Shown here: positions 1 to 9,727 of the stretch, piece by piece
Layout: every line of letters starts with the position of its first letter
Position numbering within the stretch: the stretch's first letter is position 1
Source: Salpingoeca rosetta
Lineage: Eukaryota; Protista; Choanoflagellata
NCBI GenBank assembly: GCA_033442325.1
Contig: JAWQFM010000013.1
Span: forward strand, 440,077 to 504,076
Reading direction: 5' to 3'
Length of the DNA stretch: 64,000 nt
Translations under genes and position numbers: made by a program
The notes under the pieces: generated by a model
The model's database searches: none
Told to the model about the DNA's origin: nothing
Seen by the model: the letters and a program-made list of their open reading frames with translations, nothing else

Positions 1-57
<57 letters not shown>

Positions 58-239
58 GGACGGTGAGTGGGGTGCACGAACACATGGCACATAACGGAGC
101 GTCAGGAATATGCAAAAGAACAGCGTGGCTCCCTTGGACCGCGCTCACACCCCAGCCATGCAAACTACTCTCATAACACAGCCAACAACAACAACAACAA
201 CTTAAACAACAACAACGTAAACGACAAGAAACATAAACT

Positions 240-271
<32 letters not shown>

Positions 272-467
272 GCGCACCGTGAGCAGTTGTCCTCGGAGGG
301 CGTCCAGGCTCGGAATGTCGGCGTATTTGTCTACCTCATTCACACCCAGCACGCGCGCATCCGCAAACGCAGCAACAAGCTCCTGTCAAGGCAGAGGGTG
401 ACGGGGCAAGGGGGTGAGTTGCCGCGGAGGTGCATCAACAGCCGGCAGGGGGGCGGAAGGTGAAGCG

Positions 468-505
<38 letters not shown>

Positions 506-790
506 CACACACACATGCACACACATATGCACACACATATGCACGCGCACGCACTGACCAGCTTTGGGTGCTTTTCGAGCTTCTTGAAGTCGGCAAAAGG
601 CATGTCGTCCTTGGAGAAGACAACGGCGGTGTGGCCCTCAAAGTGGGCAGTGAGCGCATCAGGGAGCCTGGGCACAATCAGGGATTATCGTGAGCTGCTC
701 GTCTTGAGTGTTAACGCATCGACGCCTAAAGCCGGGGGGAAGCGGAACGAGACCGAGAACGAGGTAGGTGCATACACACACAGACACACA

Positions 791-829
<39 letters not shown>

Positions 830-1701
830 GCACGCATGCACACATACATACACACACACACACAGACACACACAGACACACACAGACACACGCACACAAG
901 CACGCACGCACGAGCACACACGCAGACACACACACGCACACAGAGCACACGCACCCCTTAATCTCCAAGTACTTGCGGGTGACACCGTTGGGGATGATGG
1001 TAATTCCGAGGTTCTGTTGGCGCAGGTCATATCGGAGCTGTGCCCATTCCTCTGCCACAACATCGGAAAGCCACCCAAACATAGCAACTGCGAATGAGCG
1101 CTGTGTGACGCAGGTTGTAAAACAGCCACACGTGCACAACAGGAGGTCCACCGCCTGCGCTCCTGCGCAATGAAACACACCTGCGTTAAGGGCGGCGTGG
1201 CGAACAATGCCTGCAAACGTCGAATTGACGATGGCCTCATCAATGCGCTTCGTCAAAAAGACCTTTCTTGGGTTGAGCGGCCGACCCGACGCCGTGAGCA
1301 TGGTGCGGTCGTTGTCATTGTCTGCGTCGCTTGCAGGTAAAGCCTTGAGCAGTGCAACGAAGCGAGGGAAACGAGGGTTCAAATCAACACGAGCAGTTGG
1401 GAGAAGGAGGGGGGACGACATGGGGGGGGGGGGCACCGCAGTTCAGCAGGATGAAAGCATCAACGGCGAGCAAAACAGCAGGTACGGATGGATTGATTAC
1501 CTGTGCACTGAAGAACCGGGAGTGACAGCTGCACGGGAAAACCGACGACGGAGCGTGTGTGTGGCGTGTGGTCGCGACTGTTGTTGATGCTGCAAGTGAC
1601 ACCATCGTCCTTACACTGCTGCGTGCCTGCCGTGGTGCCACTGCCAACGATGTCAACGATGACAACACGCGCTGTCCCGCCTGCCTTCCCACCACCCCCA
1701 T
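1..1701 (-). CDS. MRPL10: Mitochondrial ribosomal protein uL10m (MRPL10-like), multi-exon; 3' end probably runs off the window start
   Basis: Presequence-like start MGVVGRQAGQRVLSSLTSLAVAPRQARSSVRT (ATG at 1701; alternative at 1725). Spliced peptides match the L10 family pattern: PLNPRKVFLTKRIDEAIVNS, EEWAQLRYDLRQQNLGITIIPNGVTRKYLE, HFEGHTAVVFSKDD..KKLEKHPKL, ELVAAFADARVLGVNEVDKYADIPSLDALRGQLLT. Confidence 0.75.
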
Positions 1702-1798
1702 CCTCAACCAACCAGCCACAATCATAGTCGTTCGCCAACCAAACACGAGTGTCGAAGGCGACAGCACAAAATGCAGTCATTACAGAGGTCGGTTGCTT

Positions 1799-1971
1799 CA
1801 ACGAGATGCCAAACAATAAGAACGCCCCGTGCAGTTGCACCAAGAACCACCATTGATTGCGTCGAGGTGTGCCACTCAGTTTAAGATTTCGTCATTGCCA
1901 CAACAAGAACCAGCGCGCCATATTTTTCCCCGCCACAAATCCAAAAACCGTTGCCGTTTGGCAGCAAGCGA
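1799..1971 (+). repeat. Left terminal inverted repeat (173 bp)
   Basis: CAACGAGATGCCAAACAATAAGAAC...GGCAGCAAGCGA; reverse complement of 4022-4193. Confidence 0.92.
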
Positions 1972-2375
1972 GTAAGACAGCATGTCCAGATATGTGCATT
2001 CCACCACTGCCACCCACAACCCCTTCTCACACACAGTCACACTGACGCCTTTGTCTTCATCTTCGTGTACCAACACAGCATCATGGACAGCAACACCCCT
2101 GACAGCCACCTGAACAGCGACTTCTGGGACCCTGAACCCGACCCAATTGATCAGCATGATGATGGCCACAGCGGCGGGATGATGCAGCCCACAGAACCCG
2201 CGGTGTCTGAGACGGATGTGCTCCTTGATCACGCAGCTTCGCCCTCACCCTCATTGACAGCAGCCTCCGACCAGCCGACAGATCTTGGCGAGGTTGTGAG
2301 GAGCTCGAGGGCAAGCGGAGTGTGACCACTCAGACCCAGCGGCTGCCGTTTCCTGCCACCACTTTCGCAAGCTGC

Positions 2376-2475
2376 NNNNNNNNNNNNNNNNNNNNNNNNN
2401 NNNNNNNNNNNNNNNNNNNNNNNNNNNNNNNNNNNNNNNNNNNNNNNNNNNNNNNNNNNNNNNNNNNNNNNNNNN
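2376..2475. other. Assembly gap (100 N) inside the transposon
   Basis: Run of 100 N. Confidence 1.
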
Positions 2476-2476
2476 G

Positions 2477-3863
2477 CACCAGCGGGGGAAGAAGGCAGGT
2501 ACGCCCAGGAGGCTTTTCCCTGAGGACGAGGAAGTCCTGAGGGAGCTCGTCTACGAGCACTGCACGATGACCGCAGACCAGCTTGCAGACCACATGAACC
2601 TTGAAAAGCTCCGCCGAATCATGATCAGCCTGGAGGAGCAGCTGCCCGCAGAGCAACGGTTGCGGGACGAGGAGAAGGTCTTCCTTGGGCCACTAGACCG
2701 TGACAAGTGCCTTGAGAACCCTGCGGTGAAGGAGGTGTATGACAAGACGCACATTGAAGGCACCCGCAGCGTGTATCGCGCGCTGAAGCGAAACATCTTC
2801 ACCCTAAAGCGAGTGGTTCCAGCTCGAACGACAATGAACAGCGAGGCTAACAAGCAGAAGCGGCTGGCGTTTGCAAAGGAGCTGCACGACCTGCTCCTGG
2901 ACGACAACGTGTACATCGTCTACATCGACGAGATGCCGTTTTACCTCGCGAGCGGCAGAAACTATGGATGGGCGCCGCGTGGTGATCGCGCCGTGCACGA
3001 GGTGCTGCCCATGAGTACCATGTCCTATCGCACACAAGTGGCTATGGCAGTCTCGCACATGCACGGGCTTCTTTACGGCAAGCTCTACCCACCAGAGATG
3101 CAAAACACCGGCGGAGATGGGCAGAAGAAGACCAAGAAGGCCCTCAAGGCCAGCTACACGCAGGACCACTTCAAAGACTTCCTCAACAACCTTCTCCACA
3201 CCCTCTGGCACAAGCGCCAAAACCTTCAACTCAGTGGAACAAAAATCGTGTTTCTCATCGACAGCGCGCCCGAGCACGGAAAGCGAGCGACGGAGGCTGC
3301 CACGCAGATGCTGCAGGCCTGCGACAGCTTCCACCTATGGCATGAGTGGATTGCGACCGGTCGGTGCAGCATGACCGTCAAGTTTATTTCCCCCGTATCG
3401 CCCACGCTGAATTTGACTGAGTTCTACAACAGATCGTTGCGGCAGAGGGCGAATCACCTCCGCAAGACCCCAGACTTCATTGGCAAGCTGGAGTCCAAAG
3501 ACATTCCGCGAGGGCAGGTGCAGAAGACGCGTGTGAAGGTGCTGTGCGACATCATCAAGCGGGCAATGGCTGATCTGCAGCGCACTGCTCTCAAGCGGGC
3601 AAGCGAGGCGAGAATGCTGGAGGAAGTTCTTCACGTCATTCAGCTCAACGGGTTTCTCGACAAGCACTGGCGACCAGTGCAGCTGAGAAACAACAAGGCT
3701 CATTCAACAGAGCTTGCCGACAGCATGGATGGTGATGGTGGTGATGATGATGATGGTGATGATGATGATGATGATAACGGGCACCCCACCGACGTTGATG
3801 TTGCTCAAGAGGATCACTCTGCCAATGACGACGACCAAGACGACGATGATGCCGATGATGAAT

Positions 3864-3865
<2 letters not shown>
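2477..3865 (+). CDS. IS630/Tc1-like DDE transposase; open from the gap onward, N-terminus probably from ATG 2083
   Basis: The frame of ORF 2567..3865 is open back to the gap: RGKKAGTPRRLFPEDEEVLRELVYEHCTMTADQLADHM (GRPR-like motif plus HTH-like segment). Catalytic motifs are YIDEMPF..YGWAPRG (D at 2927), IVFLIDSAPEH (D at 3260) and FISPVSPTLNLTEFY (E at 3419). Acidic tail; no introns in this part. Confidence 0.88.
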
Positions 3866-3938
<73 letters not shown>

Positions 3939-4021
3939 ACGCACACGCACACGCGCGTTCACGAGTCACTGTGCGAGTTCCTTTCCCTGCGTTGTTCCCG
4001 ACACCATGTTTGTGCTTACGT

Positions 4022-4193
4022 TCGCTTGCTGCCAAACGGCAACGGTTTTTGGATTTGTGGCGGGGAAAATATGGCGCGCTGGTTCTTGTTGTGGCAATGA
4101 CGAAATCTTAAACTGAGTGGCACACCTCGACGCAATCAATGGTGGTTCTTGGTGCAACTGCACGGGGCGTTCTTATTGTTTGGCATCTCGTTG
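4022..4193 (-). repeat. Right terminal inverted repeat (172 bp)
   Basis: TCGCTTGCTGCC...GGCATCTCGTTG; reverse complement of 1799-1971. Confidence 0.92.
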
Positions 4194-4400
4194 CTTCTGC
4201 TTCTTCCTGCTGTTGTCGTGTGATGATGATGACCGCCGCTCATCACTGGCTGCTGTCTCTCGATCGTCGTCTGCGTCACTTGCACGTCCACCATCATCCT
4301 TGAACAGTTGTACAAGAGCCACACGCCACATACATACATAGGCACACGTTCTTGTTACATCCACATCCACATACATCCACGAAACACGCACTTACACAAG

Positions 4401-4636
4401 ATGACGGGGGTGTTGCGGGTTGCATGCTCACGCTGCGTTTTGCCTCGGTTTCTGGCCCATGCAACACCTACAGCGACAACAAACTCAAGAACAACAGCAG
4501 CATTGGCAGCAAGGCGATTGAAAACAACCATGGCCACCCGCAAGGAAAGCGATTCCATGGGAACCATGGAAGTCCCCGCAGACAGGTGTGTGTGTGTCTG
4601 CGTGTGTCGATGTGTGTACGTGTGTATTTCTCTGTC

Positions 4637-4714
<78 letters not shown>

Positions 4715-4897
4715 CCTGCGTGACCATCCCTTTGCACTTGGCGCCGCAATGCCCGTTAACATGGTAGTTTGTGTTGTTGCGAATGCGTAGCCTGTATGGT
4801 GCGCAGACTGCCAGATCTCTGATGAACTTTGACATTGGCACCGACATTCTTCCCCGCGCCATGATCCGCGCCCTGGGCGTGCTGAAGCTGGTACGTG

Positions 4898-4951
<54 letters not shown>

Positions 4952-5645
4952 CCGAGCTGCCTGAAGGTGTGCCGCATGTTTGAGCTTGCGCATGGCCGCC
5001 AGCGTTTCCCCCGCCTCATCCCCAGTTTGGTTTTGCTGCTGGGTTGACTGTGTGGTAGTCTGCATGCCGTGCAAACCACGAGCTCGAGCAGCTACCGGCG
5101 GACATTGTGCCTGCCATGGAACAGGCGTGCCAGGAGGTAATTGACGGCAAGCACGACGAGCACTTCCCGCTGCGCATCTGGCAGACGGGCTCGGGCACGC
5201 AGTCCAACATGAACTCCAACGAGGTCATCGCCAACCGCGCCATCCAGATTCTCGGTACACGCATACATGCACAGGGGGAATGAACACATGCTTGTACGTG
5301 CAAGCACCTACACAAGCATGAGGGCATCGTTGTCGTGGTGGCACATGCTTGCGCCAGACTCCAGTGCACGCTTCCCCCTCCCCTCGCATGCTTCACGCTT
5401 GAGTGCGGGGTCGGCAGACATAGTGACCGCTGTATGAGCATTCCACTTACATGCACTCTTGGTTTTGTTCGTTCTTTCCTTCCTCGTCCTCACAGGTGGC
5501 GAGCTTGGCAGCAAGACGCCCGTGCATCCTAACGATCACGTCAACCGCGCCCAGTCGTCAAACGACACATATCCAACAGCCATGCACATTGCCGCCGCAG
5601 AGGTGCGAAAGCTGTATCTGTGCGTGTGTGTGTGCTGTGTTGTCT

Positions 5646-5716
<71 letters not shown>

Positions 5717-5963
5717 CTTTGGACGTGCACAAACTGGCAAGCAAGCATCAACCCATGCCCCTCCATCAGCTTACCCCACTTATCCACGTGCTTTCCCTGC
5801 CAACACGTGTGAACGCGCATGTCGACAGGAGGTGACGCACAAGCTGGTGCCGGCGCTGATGGAGCTGCGTGACGGGCTGGAGGCAAAGCGTGCCGAGTTC
5901 AAGGACATTGTCAAGTGCGGACGCACCCACCTCATGGACGCAACGCCGCTCACCCTTGGTACA

Positions 5964-6060
<97 letters not shown>

Positions 6061-6061
6061 C

Positions 6062-6139
<78 letters not shown>

Positions 6140-6582
6140 CGTGCGGTTGTTCGTTGTTCAATACCTTCGTCTCACTCCAGTTTCACCACCACCCTCCCCC
6201 TCCACCACACACACACACACACACACACCTCAGGCCAAGAGTTCTCTGGCTACGTGTACCAGCTTGACCAGGCGCTGGCCCGCGTGCAGTCTGCCCTTCC
6301 GCATGTGTACGAGCTCGCCATCGGCGGCACTGCCGTCGGTACGGGGCTCAACACCCACCCGCAGTTTGGCGACAAGGTGCGTGCGTGTAGTTGTGCCTGT
6401 CTGTGTGTCTGTGTGTCTGTGTGTCTGTGTGTTTGTGTGTTTGCCTGCACCTCCGTGTGTCACCTGCTTGCAAGTAACTTAACAAACCCAACATGCCGTG
6501 GTGCGTGCCAGGTTGCCAAGCACGTGGCTGCCATCACAAGCCTCCCCTTCAAGACATCGCCAAACCGCTTCGCAAGCCTCGC

Positions 6583-6662
<80 letters not shown>

Positions 6663-8282
6663 CGTGTTTCCTTGTTGAACGTTTGCAGTCACGACTGTCT
6701 CTCCGTCATCCTTCCCCCGATGTTCTCGTACCCGCTCACACTCCTCTCTGACACACACACATACACACATACGCACACTCCCTTCCTCCTCGTCCTGTGC
6801 ACGCCTCAACACGCCTCTCTTCCTCCCACTCTGAACACCAGCGCACGATCCGCTCGTTGCACTGTCGTCGCAGATGAAGAACGCAGCTGTAGCCATCATG
6901 AAGATTGCAAACGACATCCGCCTCCTCGGCTCCGGCCCGCGCTGCGGCCTTGGCGAAATCCTGTACGCCACTTGCCCCATGCTTGCTGCATGACTGTATG
7001 TGTGTGTATGTGTGTGTGTCTGTCTGTGTCTGTCTGTGTCTGTCTGTGTCTATGCCTACGCTGCTGCTTGTGGCACTGTCCTGTCCTCCACTGTGTTTGT
7101 GCCCGTGGATGCCCCCATGCATTTCCCCTACTTTTCAAACCATGAGTTGTCGAATCCGCGTTCACGCTGCCCCACCGTCTGACCATCTCTCCCCCCCCCC
7201 TTACCCTCACCACCACCACCACCACCACCACCACCACCACCTGAACGCTGCCAGCCTGCCTGCCAACGAGCCCGGGAGCAGCATCATGCCTGGGAAGGTG
7301 AACCCGACGCAGTGCGAGGCCATCACGATGGTGTGCTGCCAGGTCATTGGCAACGACGCTGCCGTCACCGCTGGCGGTATGCAGGGGCACCTCGAACTCA
7401 ACGTCTTCAAGCCGATGATCATCCACAACGTCCTCCACTCCTGTACGCCAGCGCTTGTGCATGTGCATGCGTGTGTGTGTGTGTCTGTGTATGTGCATGC
7501 GTGTGTGTGTGTCTGTGCATGTGCGTGCGTGCGTGCGTTTGTGTGTGTGTGTGCGTGCGTGTCCGTGCGTGTGTGTGTACATAACTGCGTCTGTGTGGAC
7601 TTGTTTACTTGTGTAGTTAATGCCTGCCCCTCTCACCGCGCCACGTCCCTACGTCCCCACGTTGCACCGTTGCAACACATGTCACCATGATCCCCTCCGC
7701 CTCTTCGTGTTCTCCCCTCCCTCGTCCTATCTGCCAAATAGGCACGCTGCTGTCTGATTCGTGCCGTGCGTTTACGGAGCGGTGTGTTGTTGGCATTGAG
7801 GCGAACCAGGAGGCCATCAGCGCACACCTCCGCAACTCTCTCATGCTCGTCACTGCCCTCAACCCGCACATCGGCTACGACAAGGGAGCGTGAGTACCGG
7901 GAGTTGTGCGATGTGTGTGTGTGTGTGTCTGTATGAGCGTGCGTCTGTCTGTGTGTTTGTGTGTATGTGTGTGCACGTGTGTGTATGTCTTGTGTGTGTG
8001 ATGCACTCTTTGCTACTTCTCTGCGCTTTCTATCTCTTATTCCTCCCACATCCCACATCCCCGTCCCTCCTCCCCCCCCCTCCCATGTCCCTCCCTCCCT
8101 CCGACTGACTTCAAACTCACGTTTGGACTCCTCCCACCTGCTGTGCCTACAGTGAGGTTGCGAAAAAGGCGCACAAGGAAGGCACGACCCTCAAGCAGGC
8201 TGCGCTTGCGCTTGGCGTGGTCACCGAGGAGCAGTTTGATGCCATTGTCGACCCGGCAAAGATGACCGGCCCCATGGCCTAA
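4401..8282 (+). CDS. FH: Fumarate hydratase class II with mitochondrial presequence, multi-exon
   Basis: Exon peptides [108 protein letters not shown], signature [31 protein letters not shown]; ends [13 protein letters not shown]. Confidence 0.97.
5964..6138 (+). repeat. (GAT)n trinucleotide tract in a fumarase intron
   Basis: About 58 nearly perfect GAT units between the LTL-GTAC donor and the CAG-GQEFSGY acceptor. Confidence 0.95.
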
Positions 8283-8514
8283 CAAAGCAAGGGGACGAGG
8301 CCACGCACACACGCATGCACGACTGCACGCACGTACGTACGCACGATTGCATGGTTTACGTTGTTACATGCACGCATGCAGGGTGTTTGTTGAAATGTGC
8401 GTGGATTCACACGTACTTGTGCTTGCGGTACGGCATAAATCAAACGTGAATGCTTGCTTGCATGAGAGGATGTCTGTGCTGCTAGTGATGAGGAAGTGCG
8501 TGCACAGCACACAA

Positions 8515-8645
<131 letters not shown>

Positions 8646-8651
8646 TCACAT

Positions 8652-8790
8652 TTTGAATTTCCCGGACCGTATGCAACGGGCCCAATCCGGCGCGCCAAAC
8701 AGAAGCAGATTATTGCTTCTGCGCAACCCCCACAATAAAAAAATAATCTATCTTTGTGAGTGCGTGTTCGTTTCCCGCCAAGCGTTCAAG
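8652..8790 (+). promoter_or_regulatory. Putative cell-cycle promoter module upstream of Myb (CHR, E2F, Myb site, CCAAT)
   Basis: TTTGAA 8652; TTTCCCGG 8658; CAACGG 8674; CCAAT 8682; GCGCCAAA (TTTGGCGC on the - strand) 8692-8699; TTTCCCGCCAA 8771-8781. Confidence 0.45.
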
Positions 8791-9727
8791 AACTCACACA
8801 AGCAAGCAAGCAGTGAGAGGCACAACACAACAACACAACACGGCGAGCGCGCCTCCTTGCCCTTCCTTCCTGCTGGTTCGTTGTTGTTTTGCTGCGCTGT
8901 TTCGTGTATGTGTGGAGCGCGCCCTGGCTGCCTGTGCTGCTTGTTGCTGTTTGATGTAGTCAGATGAGGGTGAGCTGAGGGTGAGCTGAGGGCTAAGGTT
9001 GGACCCTTGCTGCCAGCCTCGTACATGGTGTTCTTTGCTGCTGGACTTTGATTGCGTGTTTGCACCTGCTTGTGTTGTGCGTGCATTCGTGGTTTCATGG
9101 TTTGTTGACGTGCGTGCTTTCCTGCAGGAACGCGAACCACCACCCACCTCTTCCTCTACCTCCTCCACCCCACTACCCTTGACGTCCTCTTGCCCGGCGT
9201 TTTGGCTTGGCACAAAACTTACTTGCACATTCGACCTTGCTTTCCTTTGAGCGCGCCGCTGTCCTTCCCATCCTTCCCACCTTGGTGAGTCGAGTCGCTG
9301 ATTGTGTGTCGAGGGAGCGCAGGTTCCCATCGGCTGCAGTTTCGATGCATTGGAAATCATGCATGCCCCCATGCACGCACAGCATCACCACCACACTTTG
9401 TTGACATTGCACGATCCCCTTGTCCCCCAACGCTCCATCAGTGCATGACATGCACCGCGATTCCGAGCGCGGCTTGGGCTGGCCCAAACTCACATCACTT
9501 CTTTCCCCTTTTGTCTGACGACACATGCCACAACACCGCACCACGCTTCCACCACCATCATCGTCACCATCATCCCCACCCACTCTCGCCAGCGCTGCAG
9601 AAGACGCGCACACGTGGGGTACACGAACGGGCACGCCAGCGCAGGTGTTGCAAAGGCAGCATCTAGCAACCCCCTGGTTTCCTGCTCCGTTTAGTTACCG
9701 TGACACACCGTTACCCATCGACACATC

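Larger units (their letters stand above)
1799..4193 (+). mobile_element. DNA transposon, IS630/Tc1/mariner (DDE_3-type), with long terminal inverted repeats
   Basis: 1799-1971 and 4022-4193 are reverse complements apart from a 1-bp indel in a T run. They enclose a DDE transposase ORF. Flanked by a direct repeat CTT (3 bp), or GCTTC (5 bp) if the ends are 1800/4192. Confidence 0.9.

Noticed and set aside
726-1436. VFLTKR…IVRHAALNAG…RSFA resembling a tyrosine recombinase next to the transposon
   Set aside because: There is no HxxR motif or catalytic Tyr, and the flanking exons fit ribosomal protein L10 much better.
1799-4193. Possible Fanzor/TnpB cargo in the IS630-like element
   Set aside because: No second ORF with RuvC or zinc-finger motifs in the visible sequence. 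The true content of the 100-N gap is unknown.
1792-4200. MULE-like reading with GAGA termini (1803/4189) and an 11-bp TSD
   Set aside because: The 11-mers GTTGCTTCAAC and GTTGCTTCTGC differ at two positions, the inverted match extends 4 bp further out, and the transposase is DDE_3-type.
4173-4391. Minus-strand ORF ending RDAKQ, mirrored by plus-strand ORF 1559..1819
   Set aside because: The shared ending is simply the outer end of the TIR read inward from each flank, and neither ORF has recognisable homology.
5451-6751. Poly-Met, poly-Asp and poly-His ORFs
   Set aside because: These are translations of an intronic (GAT)n tract within fumarase.
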